A stretch of 64,000 nt of DNA from contig OZ242297.1 in the NCBI GenBank assembly GCA_965207755.1, positions 2,789,816 to 2,853,815 of the forward strand, read 5' to 3'. The notes under the pieces were generated by a model that was not told where the DNA came from, did no database searches, and saw only the letters and a program-made list of their open reading frames with translations. Numbering within the stretch: the stretch's first letter is position 1; every line of letters starts with the position of its first letter. The translations under genes and the position numbers were made by a program. Positions 25,248-33,384 of the stretch are shown one piece after another. The stretch is from Acidimicrobiales bacterium (GTDB lineage: Bacteria; Actinomycetota; Acidimicrobiia; Acidimicrobiales; Aldehydirespiratoraceae).

Positions 25248-27761
25248 TCACTGGGTGGCGATGGCGTCCAGTACTTCCAGACGTCCGGCCCGGCGGGCGG
25301 GCAGGACCCCGGAGAGGAGGCCGGCAACCAGTCCGGCAGCGCCGATGGCGATCAGCGCGGCCCACGGGATGGCGAAGTCCGAGTAGGCCAGACCGAGCGC
25401 GTCGAAGGCGGCCCATCCGAAGAACAGGCCCAGCACCAGGCCGGCCAGCGTCCCGATGAGGGCGATGATGGCCGCTTCGTAGCGCACCGTCCGCCGCAGC
25501 TGGCGGGTGGTCATTCCTACCGCCCTCAGCAGACCCAGTTCCCGGGTGCGCTCGTGGATCGACAGGGACATCGTGTTCACGATGCCGATTAGAGCCACCA
25601 CGACCGACATGCCCAGCAGGGCGTACAGCAGGGTCAGCAGATCGGTGATCTGGCCCGCCTGATCGTCGATGAATTCCTGGCGGGTGCTGATCTTGGCGGT
25701 CGGGTCGCCCGCTAGGGCGGCGCCGATGCTGGCGATCAGCGCTTGGTCCGCATCGTCGGCGCTCACCAGGATCCTCGTATCAAGGCTGCGGCTCAGGCTG
25801 GCGTCCAACGACGAGTTGTCGACCAGCCACTCGCCGACGAGCTGGTATCCCCCGTCGAAGATGCCGGCCACGGTCACGGTGGCTGCTCCCTGCTGGAAGC
25901 GCATGTCGACGGTGTCGCCGATGTTGAGGCCCTCGTCCCGGGCAGTGGGCTCGCGCACGGCCACCTCGTCCGGGCCGAGGCCCGAGACCGTGCCCGCCAC
26001 CACCCCGAGATCGGCCACCGCCGCGAGACGCGCTGTGTCCGCGCCGGAGACCGGCGCGAAGCCGTCGCCGACCTGCGCGAAAGCCGTCCGGGTGCCGACC
26101 GCCGCGTCGACGCCTCCGAGGCCCCCGATGGAAGCCGCGATGGCGGGATCCAGGCCGCCGCCCGCGCCCGCCACTGCGTCGCTGACGGTCACCACATGGT
26201 CGGCGAGGAGCTCCTCTTCGAGGTCGCCGGCGATGAGTTCGCTGAGGGTGGCCGCGAAGACCGTGGCGGTGACCACCAACGCCACACCGATCATCAGCGT
26301 CAACGAAGTGGTGGAACTGCGCTTGGGATTGCGGGAGGCATTCTCGCTGGCCAGCTCGCCGGTGATCGAGCCTCGCCGCACCGCGGGAGCAGCCAGCAGC
26401 CGGCTGATGGGCCGCACGATCGTCGGACCGAGCAGCACCACCGCTATCACGACCAGCGGCAGACCCGCGTACAGGATGCGCTCCTCGCCGGAGACCGACG
26501 ACCAGGCCGTGGCCCCGGCACCGGCGGCCAGCACACTCAGCCCCCCGTACAGGCGGCCCCTCGCCGGCCCGCCCGGCTCGGCGGCCGCGTCCCGCATGGC
26601 CTCGATGGGGTCGACTCTGGCGCCCCGGCGCGCCGGAATGTAGGCGGCCGCCACCGTGATCACCGTGCCGAGCACAACGCCCTGGATGAGCCCGCCCGCC
26701 GGGACCGAAAGGCTCAGACCGAGGTCCCCGATGAAGGATCCGAGCAACTGAAGGAGCCCCCAACCGATCCCGATACCGGCGGCCGCGCCCACGGCCGAGG
26801 CGACCACGCCGATGGCGGCCGACTCGACCACGACGCTCACCGCGACCTGCCGGCCCGTGGCGCCGATGGCTCGCAGCAGGGCCATCTCCCGGGTGCGCTG
26901 GGCCACGGTGATGGTGAACGTGTTGTAGATCACGAATGCGCCCACGAAGAGCGCCACGCCGGCAAAGACCTGCAGGGCGATCTCGATGATGTTGGTGAAC
27001 GTCCCGACGACCTCCTGGAACTCGTCGGTGAGGGTGGCGCCGGTCACGGCCTCGAGGTCGGCGCCGATCCGCAGGTTGAGCCGCTCCGCCAACTGGTCGG
27101 GGGTGATCCCCGCGGCCGCCCCAGCGAAGATCTGGTCGACCTCGCTGCCGCCGAACACCGTCGCCGCGCCGGCGAAGCTCAACGAGAGGACCTGGCCGCC
27201 GAAGGTGCCGCCGTCGTCGATGGCGCCCACCACATCGAACCGCTGCTGAGGCCCCAGGGGCAGCACCTGGACGGAGTCGCCCAGACTGAAGCCGCCATCG
27301 TCGAAGGTGTTCACGTCGATGACCACCTCATCGGGCGCAACCGGGGCGCGACCCGCCACGACCGTCAGCGGATTGACCTCGTCGTCGTCGATCCAGGCGA
27401 TCGCCTGGGCGTTGGCGTCGGCGCCGCCGACGGTCTTTCCGTCCGCCGCGACCACCTGCGCATAGCCCGCCAGGAAAGGAAAGACCCACGCCACGCCGTC
27501 GACCTCGGCGATCTCGTCGGCCACCGACGGCGGGATGCGCTCGCGGATGTCGATGATCGGCGTCTCGATGATCTCGGCTGAGCGCACCGCGACGTCGACG
27601 TCCACGAAGGCCTCGGCGATGGAGTCGTTCAGCGAGTCCTCGAACGACGTGGTCATCACCGACGTGGCGGTGAAGAAGGCGATGCCCAGCACGATGGCCA
27701 GCGCGGTGGCGGCATAGCGGAAGGGGTTGCCGGCGATCCCCCGCAGCGCGATGGTCAGCAT
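25248..27761 (-). CDS. ABC transporter permease, FtsX/MacB-like (two FtsX modules, large extracytoplasmic domains)
   Basis: The 837-aa protein carries a duplicated motif: REMALLRAIGATGRQV and RELGLLRAVGMTTRQL. Confidence 0.9.
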   Translation of the reverse strand: MLTIALRGIAGNPFRYAATALAIVLGIAFFTATSVMTTSFEDSLNDSIAEAFVDVDVAVRSAEIIETPIIDIRERIPPSVADEIAEVDGVAWVFPFLAGYAQVVAADGKTVGGADANAQAIAWIDDDEVNPLTVVAGRAPVAPDEVVIDVNTFDDGGFSLGDSVQVLPLGPQQRFDVVGAIDDGGTFGGQVLSLSFAGAATVFGGSEVDQIFAGAAAGITPDQLAERLNLRIGADLEAVTGATLTDEFQEVVGTFTNIIEIALQVFAGVALFVGAFVIYNTFTITVAQRTREMALLRAIGATGRQVAVSVVVESAAIGVVASAVGAAAGIGIGWGLLQLLGSFIGDLGLSLSVPAGGLIQGVVLGTVITVAAAYIPARRGARVDPIEAMRDAAAEPGGPARGRLYGGLSVLAAGAGATAWSSVSGEERILYAGLPLVVIAVVLLGPTIVRPISRLLAAPAVRRGSITGELASENASRNPKRSSTTSLTLMIGVALVVTATVFAATLSELIAGDLEEELLADHVVTVSDAVAGAGGGLDPAIAASIGGLGGVDAAVGTRTAFAQVGDGFAPVSGADTARLAAVADLGVVAGTVSGLGPDEVAVREPTARDEGLNIGDTVDMRFQQGAATVTVAGIFDGGYQLVGEWLVDNSSLDASLSRSLDTRILVSADDADQALIASIGAALAGDPTAKISTRQEFIDDQAGQITDLLTLLYALLGMSVVVALIGIVNTMSLSIHERTRELGLLRAVGMTTRQLRRTVRYEAAIIALIGTLAGLVLGLFFGWAAFDALGLAYSDFAIPWAALIAIGAAGLVAGLLSGVLPARRAGRLEVLDAIATQ

Positions 27762-27767
27762 CGCCGA

Positions 27768-28547
27768 TCAGTTCCCCAGCGTCTTCATGTGATCGAGCAC
27801 CGCTTCGCTGGTGGGGTCGAGCATCTCGTTGACGATCTTGCCATCGACCAGGAAGATCACCCGGTGCGCGTAGGCGGCCGCCGAGGGATCGTGAGTCACC
27901 ATCACGATGGTCTGGGAGAGCTCGTCCACCGCGCGGCGCATGAAGGTCAGGATCTCGTCGCTGGTGGTGCTGTCGAGGTTTCCGGTGGGCTCGTCCGCGA
28001 ACACCAGCTTGGGCTTGGACACCAGGGCCCGGGACACGGCCACGCGCTGCTGCTGCCCGCCGGAGAGCTCGTTGGGCCGGTGGTCGAGGCGGTGGCCCAG
28101 GCCGACGGTGGCGACCACCTCGTCGAGCCAAGCCTCGTCGGGGGCGCGCCCGGCGAGGCGCTGGGGCAGCACGATGTTCTCGCGGGCGTTGAGGGTGGGC
28201 ACCAGGTTGAACGCCTGGAAGACGAAACCGAGCTTGTCGCGCCGCAGCATCGTGCGCTCGCGGTCCGACATCTCGCTCACGTCCTCGCCGTCGATGACGA
28301 CCCGACCCGAGGTGAGGGTGTCCAGTCCGGCCATGCAGTGCATCAGCGTCGACTTGCCCGACCCCGACGGTCCCATGATGGCCGTGAACTCTCCGGTCCC
28401 GAAGGAGACGTCAACGCCGTCGAGGGCGCGCACCTCGGCGGCGCCGCTCCCGTAGTGCCGGGCCGCGTTCTCGGTGTAGGCGACGCCCGGATCGCTGCCG
28501 GAACCCGTGTCAGGTCCGGCCGCTGGTGCAGGTTCAGTCTCAGGCAT
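27768..28547 (-). CDS. ABC transporter ATP-binding protein (MacB/LolD-like)
   Basis: Walker A is GPSGSGKSTL, the signature is LSGGQQQRVAVSRAL and Walker B is LVFADEPTGNLD. Confidence 0.95.
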   Translation of the reverse strand: MPETEPAPAAGPDTGSGSDPGVAYTENAARHYGSGAAEVRALDGVDVSFGTGEFTAIMGPSGSGKSTLMHCMAGLDTLTSGRVVIDGEDVSEMSDRERTMLRRDKLGFVFQAFNLVPTLNARENIVLPQRLAGRAPDEAWLDEVVATVGLGHRLDHRPNELSGGQQQRVAVSRALVSKPKLVFADEPTGNLDSTTSDEILTFMRRAVDELSQTIVMVTHDPSAAAYAHRVIFLVDGKIVNEMLDPTSEAVLDHMKTLGN

Positions 28548-28660
28548 CAGGCGAGCCTACGTCCCCAGTCCTGATCCGCGATGAGATGCTCCGGACTGGC
28601 GAGGCCCGGCACCGCACGCCTACCGTGGCGCCGGCACGCCGCGACGCCCGAGGAGCGCCG

Positions 28661-30262
28661 TTGACTGACCGCAAGTCGTTCTGGGCTTGGTGTATGGAGT
28701 CCGAGGAGCCCTCCGACGCCGACCGGGCCGCGCTGGCGGCCAAGCTGTCGAAGCGGTACGGCACCGAGATTGTCGCCAGGCCGGTGCCGTCGCTGGACGA
28801 CGCCGAACTTAGGGCGCCCCGCATCCCGGTGCCGGACTCGGTGGCCGGCTGGTGCTCGACCACCACCTACGACCGGGCCCGTCACGCCTACGGCGCCCAC
28901 TTCACCGAACGGGTGCGGGCATTCAACCTCGACTTCGGCAACCCGCCCGACGTGGTGGCCCACCCCCGCGACGAGACAGAGGTGGAGGCCACCCTCGACT
29001 GGTGCGACGCCAACGGCTACGTGACCGTCCCCTACGGCGGCGGATCCTCGGTGGTGTGGGGCGTCACCCCCCACGACGACCTGGGACCCACCGTGGTGGT
29101 CTCCCTCGACCGGCTCGACCGGGTGCTGGAGATCGACGACGTGTCCCGGGCGGCCCGCATCCAGGCCGGAGTGTTCGGGCCGCACCTCGAGGACCAGCTC
29201 CGCCCCAGCGGCCACACGCTCAGACACTTCCCGCAGTCGTTCCGGTTCTCCACCCTCGGCGGCTGGATCGCCACCCGCTCCGGGGGCCACTACGCCACCA
29301 ACCACACCCACATCGACGACTTCGTCGAGTCGGTGCGCATGATCACCCCGGCCGGGTGGTGGGAGTCGCGCCGGCTGCCCGGATCGGGCGCGGGCCCGAG
29401 CCCCGACCGCATGGTCATCGGCTCCGAAGGCGTCTACGGCATCATCACCGAGGCCTGGATGAGGGTCCAGCGCCGGCCGACCTTCCGGGCCACCGCCGGG
29501 GTCACGTTCGAGTCGTGGCGGGCCGGCTGCGATGCCGTGCGCCGTATCGTGCAGGCCAAGCTGTGGCCGGCCAACCTCCGCATCCTCGACCCCGCCGAGG
29601 CTCGCCGGGCCGCGGGGCTCGACGGCGAGCAGGCGCTGGCGATCGTGTCGTTCGAGTCGGCCGAGCTCAGCCAGCGCCACAACATCGCGGCCGCTGTGGA
29701 GATCGCCCGCGACAGCGGCGGCCGCGTCGACGACGACGACATCCGGGTCGACGACGGGACGGGCAAGCCCACCGGCCGCGGCGGCGCGGTCGGTGCCTGG
29801 CGCAACGCCTTCATCGGTGTCGGCAACGGCGTGGAGACCTCGCTGGGCCTGATCAACGACACGTTCGAGACCGCCGTCACATGGGACCGCTGGCCCGACT
29901 TCGACGACGAGATCCGCACCCGGGTGGGCGCCGCCCTCGCCGACACGTTCGGGCCGCACCACTCGCTGTCGTGCCGGTTCACCCACGTCTACACCGACGG
30001 CCCCGCCCCCTACTACACATGGTCGGGCATGGGCGCGGTGGGCAGCGAGATCGCCCAGTGGCAGATCGTCAAGGACGCAGCCAACCAGGCGGTCGTCGAT
30101 GCGGGCGGCACCGTCACCCACCACCACGCGGTGGGCCGCATGCACCGGCCCGGCGGCTACGACCGCCAGCGCCCCGAGCTGTTCGCCGAAGCCGTCCGGG
30201 CCGTCAAGCAGCGCCTCGACCCCAACGGCATCCTCAACCCCGGCGTGCTCATCGACCCCTGA
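28661..30262 (+). CDS. FAD-linked oxidase (alkyldihydroxyacetone-phosphate-synthase-like)
   Basis: TTG 28661 lies 5 nt after GAGGAG. The FAD-binding PCMH-type region is VTVPYGGGSSVVWGV. The C-terminus (HHHAVGRMH...DPNGILNPGVLI) is typical of the family. Confidence 0.85.
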   Translation: MTDRKSFWAWCMESEEPSDADRAALAAKLSKRYGTEIVARPVPSLDDAELRAPRIPVPDSVAGWCSTTTYDRARHAYGAHFTERVRAFNLDFGNPPDVVAHPRDETEVEATLDWCDANGYVTVPYGGGSSVVWGVTPHDDLGPTVVVSLDRLDRVLEIDDVSRAARIQAGVFGPHLEDQLRPSGHTLRHFPQSFRFSTLGGWIATRSGGHYATNHTHIDDFVESVRMITPAGWWESRRLPGSGAGPSPDRMVIGSEGVYGIITEAWMRVQRRPTFRATAGVTFESWRAGCDAVRRIVQAKLWPANLRILDPAEARRAAGLDGEQALAIVSFESAELSQRHNIAAAVEIARDSGGRVDDDDIRVDDGTGKPTGRGGAVGAWRNAFIGVGNGVETSLGLINDTFETAVTWDRWPDFDDEIRTRVGAALADTFGPHHSLSCRFTHVYTDGPAPYYTWSGMGAVGSEIAQWQIVKDAANQAVVDAGGTVTHHHAVGRMHRPGGYDRQRPELFAEAVRAVKQRLDPNGILNPGVLIDP

Positions 30263-30314
30263 ACCTGTCCTTCGGAGCAGGCGCAAGCAGGTGGAAGCCT
30301 GTCGCGTCGCAGAG

Positions 30315-30419
30315 GTGTCGTTTCGCGCTCATGTTCGCCGCGCTCACGGGCCGCTCGGGCCACGGCCTCGCTCTGCATCTCGTCGCGATCCCCGCCGTGA
30401 AGGCCCATCCGCTCGGTCC
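30315..30419. repeat. intergenic repeat, copy Y; related to 8892-8997
   Basis: See copy X for the shared sequence. This copy contains a 36-codon ORF (ATG 30331 to TGA 30439-30441) that overlaps the GTG start (30434) of the downstream CoA-transferase. Confidence 0.6.
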
Positions 30420-30433
30420 TTACACTGACCGCC

Positions 30434-31675
30434 GTGACTGACGAGCGGGTGCCGGGCCCGCTGGCCGGGGTTCGGGTGATCGAGTCGAGTCTGCTGGGAC
30501 CCGGACACCTCGGAACATTCCTGGCCGACCTTGGCGCGGACGTGATCAAGGTCGAGTCGCCCGCCGGCGACTACATCCGCCAGATGACCTGGCCCATCGT
30601 CGAGGGGGTGTCGCTGCTGCACCTGCACACCCACCGGGGCAAGCGCAGCATCACCCTCGACCTCAAGAACCCGGCCGGCCGGCAGCTCTACATCGACCTG
30701 GCCGCGGGTGCCGACGTCGTGGTGGAGGCCATGCGGCCCGGCACGCTGGCCCGGCTCGGCCTCGGCTACGACGTGCTCAGCGCAGCCAACCGGAGCCTCG
30801 TGTTCGCCACCCTGTCGGGCTACGGGGCCACCGGCCCCTACAAGGACATGCCCAGCCACGGAATTGCCTACGACACCTGGTCGGGGATCGTGCAGCCCGT
30901 CGTCGACGACGAGGGCTTCACCCGCATCCCGCCGGACATGCCCAATGTGGGGATCAACGTGGGGCCGATGCTGGCCGCGCTGGCCGTGCTGGCCGCGGTG
31001 ATCAAGGCCCGCGACACCGGCGAGGGCTGCCAGATCGAGGTGGCCCAGTCCGACGCGTCGGCCTACATGGACTGGTACCGCATCGAGACCGAGCGTGCCT
31101 ACCTGCGGCCCGCCGACGAGGTGACCGGCAACCCGTCCGACGGCTACGAGCGCCGCCCTGCGGGGCTTGCCGGGATGTGGGAGGGCGTGCGCTACCAGGC
31201 CTACGCCACCGCCGACGGCCACGTGCTGTTCATGGCGTCGGAGCAGGCCTTCTGGCGCAACTTCTGCGAGGGCGTGGGCCGCATGGACCTGTACGAGCGC
31301 TGGCCCGGGTCCACCTACGCCGACCACGCCCGGGGCAACACCGAACTGCAGCACGAGCTCAAGGCCATCTTCGCCACCAGGACCTGCGCCGAGTGGCTCG
31401 CGTTCAGCAACGAGGTCAACACCCCCATCGCGCCGTTCAACACGGCCGCCAACATCGGCGACGACCCCCAGTTCCAAGCCCGCATCGGCTTCCTGCCCAC
31501 CGAGTCCATGGGCTGCGAGCAGCTCCCCCTGCCCGTCTTCGTCGACGGCGACAAGCCCCCCACCCCCTCCAAAGCCCCCACAGCAGGCCAGCACACCGAC
31601 GAAGTCATGGAGCAGATCTTGAACTTCAGCGAGGCCGGGATCGCCGCCCTCCGCACCGAAGGCGCCTTCGGCTAA
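30434..31675 (+). CDS. family III CoA-transferase (CaiB/BaiF type)
   Basis: The N-terminal region reads LAGVRVIESSLLGPGHLGTFLADLGADVIKVESPAGD and YDTWSG lies further on. The length and overall sequence fit the family. Confidence 0.9.
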   Translation: MTDERVPGPLAGVRVIESSLLGPGHLGTFLADLGADVIKVESPAGDYIRQMTWPIVEGVSLLHLHTHRGKRSITLDLKNPAGRQLYIDLAAGADVVVEAMRPGTLARLGLGYDVLSAANRSLVFATLSGYGATGPYKDMPSHGIAYDTWSGIVQPVVDDEGFTRIPPDMPNVGINVGPMLAALAVLAAVIKARDTGEGCQIEVAQSDASAYMDWYRIETERAYLRPADEVTGNPSDGYERRPAGLAGMWEGVRYQAYATADGHVLFMASEQAFWRNFCEGVGRMDLYERWPGSTYADHARGNTELQHELKAIFATRTCAEWLAFSNEVNTPIAPFNTAANIGDDPQFQARIGFLPTESMGCEQLPLPVFVDGDKPPTPSKAPTAGQHTDEVMEQILNFSEAGIAALRTEGAFG

Positions 31676-31678
31676 CCC

Positions 31679-31726
31679 GAATTGGCAGCAGAAAGCACGC
31701 ATACCGTGCAAAACGCTGCCAATTCC
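31679..31726. repeat. 48-nt two-tier hairpin repeat (GAATTGGCAGC family) 3 nt after the stop codon
   Basis: The fold is GAATTGGCAGC agaaa GCACG catac CGTGC aaaac GCTGCCAATTC. Confidence 0.8.
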
Positions 31727-31897
31727 GGCTAGACCCGGGTGACGACTGCTTCGACGGCGATCCCGACCTCACAGCCGACATCTCGCCCAGCCGACCCGAC
31801 GGGGCCTGAGCACGTTCGGGACGAGTGACGCCGGGTGCTCCTCGTCGACGACCACCTGGCAAGGGTAGCGCTGGGAGCGACCGCCCCGGAACTTTGG

Positions 31898-31915
31898 AGC
31901 GGGCGCGTGCCCGCT
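31898..31915. terminator. short GC hairpin downstream of the dehydrogenase gene
   Basis: The fold is AGCGGGC gcgt GCCCGCT, a perfect 7-bp stem with no U-tract. Confidence 0.3.
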
Positions 31916-31972
31916 AGCCCGAGCGGGTCACACCTGAATCCGTTTGCGCTCCTGTCTCACGCGTCCCGCATC

Positions 31973-32968
31973 TCATTGGGGCAGCCGGCCGCGGGAGACC
32001 ACCACCTCGCGGCCGGGGAGCTCGGGCTCGTCGTCGATCATCTGGGCCGGGAACCCGGGAGCCAGCACCGACGTGCCCACGGCCTCCTCCAGGCGCCGGA
32101 CCACGTTCGGAGACCACTCCCGGGACCCGTAACGGGCCGCGGCGTCGTCGAAGATGTCGATCAGCACCGGCGACAACTCCAGCGGGACGCCGGCCCGCTC
32201 GGCCACCGCCGCGAACAGCGACAGGTCCTTCTGCACCAGATCCATGGTGAAGTTGATGTCGCGGCTGCCGTTGAGGATGACCTGGCTCTCGGTCTCATGC
32301 ACGAACGAGTTGCCCGACGAGATGCGGATGGCCTCGTAGGCGGTGTTCAGGTCGATCCCGGCCTGCTTCGACGTGACCAGCGCCTCGCACAGCGACACCA
32401 GGTTGGCGGTGGCCAAATAGTTGGTGACCACCTTGAGGATCGACGCCGAGCCGAGTGGGCCGGCGTGCAGGATGTTGCGGCCCATGGCGGTGAGCACCGG
32501 CAGGGCTCGCTCGAAAGTCGGCCGGTCGCAGCCCGCGAGAATCGAGATGTTGCCGGTGGCGGCCCGGTGGCAGCCACCCGACACGGGACAGTCGACCGCC
32601 GAACCGCCCGCAGCGGCCACCAGCTCCCCCAGACGGCGCACCTCGGCCTCGTCGGTGGTGCTCATCTCGGCCCAGATGACCGGCTCAGCATCGTCGCCGC
32701 GGCCCGCCCGAACAGCCAGTCCGGCCAGGATGCCGTCACCGGCCTCCATCACCGCCGCGCTGGCAGCGGGGCTGGGCAGGCAGGTGATCACCACCTCCGC
32801 GGTGGCGGCCATCGCCGCGGGGCTGTCGGCCCAGCCCGCGCCGGCGGACTCGAGCGCGGCCGCGGCCGAGCGGTCCAGATCCCGCACGACCAGATCGAAG
32901 CCGTTGCGCAGCAGGCTCCCCGCCAGCTTCGACCCCACATTGCCCAGTCCGATGAAGCCCACTCTCAT
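31973..32968 (-). CDS. NAD(P)-dependent dehydrogenase, 3-hydroxyisobutyrate/6-phosphogluconate dehydrogenase family
   Basis: The Rossmann N-terminus is MRVGFIGLGNVGSKLAGSLL. ASILKVVTNYL lies further on. Confidence 0.8.
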   Translation of the reverse strand: MRVGFIGLGNVGSKLAGSLLRNGFDLVVRDLDRSAAAALESAGAGWADSPAAMAATAEVVITCLPSPAASAAVMEAGDGILAGLAVRAGRGDDAEPVIWAEMSTTDEAEVRRLGELVAAAGGSAVDCPVSGGCHRAATGNISILAGCDRPTFERALPVLTAMGRNILHAGPLGSASILKVVTNYLATANLVSLCEALVTSKQAGIDLNTAYEAIRISSGNSFVHETESQVILNGSRDINFTMDLVQKDLSLFAAVAERAGVPLELSPVLIDIFDDAAARYGSREWSPNVVRRLEEAVGTSVLAPGFPAQMIDDEPELPGREVVVSRGRLPQ

Positions 32969-33070
32969 GAACTACCCCTCTCCCGGCGGTTCGGCGGCGG
33001 CCATGCCAGGCCCGCTCGAACCAGAGCAGCCATGCCAGGCAGCTGCGCCGACGCAGCTTCGGCGGCGTCG

Positions 33071-33384
33071 CTATGCCGACGCGGTCATGGCGGCATCGTA
33101 GTCGGGCTCGTCGGCGATCTCCTCCACGGACTGCGAGTGCAGCACCGTGCCGTCGCGCCGATCACGACCACCGCTCGGGCGCACAGCCCCGCGGCCGCGG
33201 AGCGTTCCAGGCGGCTCGACTGGGCCGTCACCGCCGAGAGACAGGCGCCGCTGCCGGACCGCGGCGGCCTCGAATCGCTCCAGGAGTCCCTGCCCGACAC
33301 GCGAGTCGCCCGGCAGGCGCCGGCGAGCGCGCCCGGTGCGCCGCTCGGGCAGTGTTTGACCGGGTGCCGGGGGGATGCCATCAT
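33071..33384 (-). pseudogene. decayed thiol-peroxidase (tpx-like) paralogue: 5'-truncated, internally deleted and frameshifted
   Basis: Position 33094-33121 is almost identical to 40759-40786 of tpx, and 33161-33187 matches 40826-40852. Translation gives GLCARAVVVI and then, after a 1-nt deletion relative to tpx, VLHSQSVEEIADEPDYDAA. The catalytic TPTC region is not conserved. Confidence 0.6.

Noticed and set aside
24994-25386. A 130-aa plus-strand ORF between the NTase-HEPN gene and the permease
   Set aside because: Its only protein-like part is the 33-codon copy of the FAD-oxidase N-terminus. The remainder runs antisense through the permease 3' end. I treat it as a gene remnant rather than a functional CDS.
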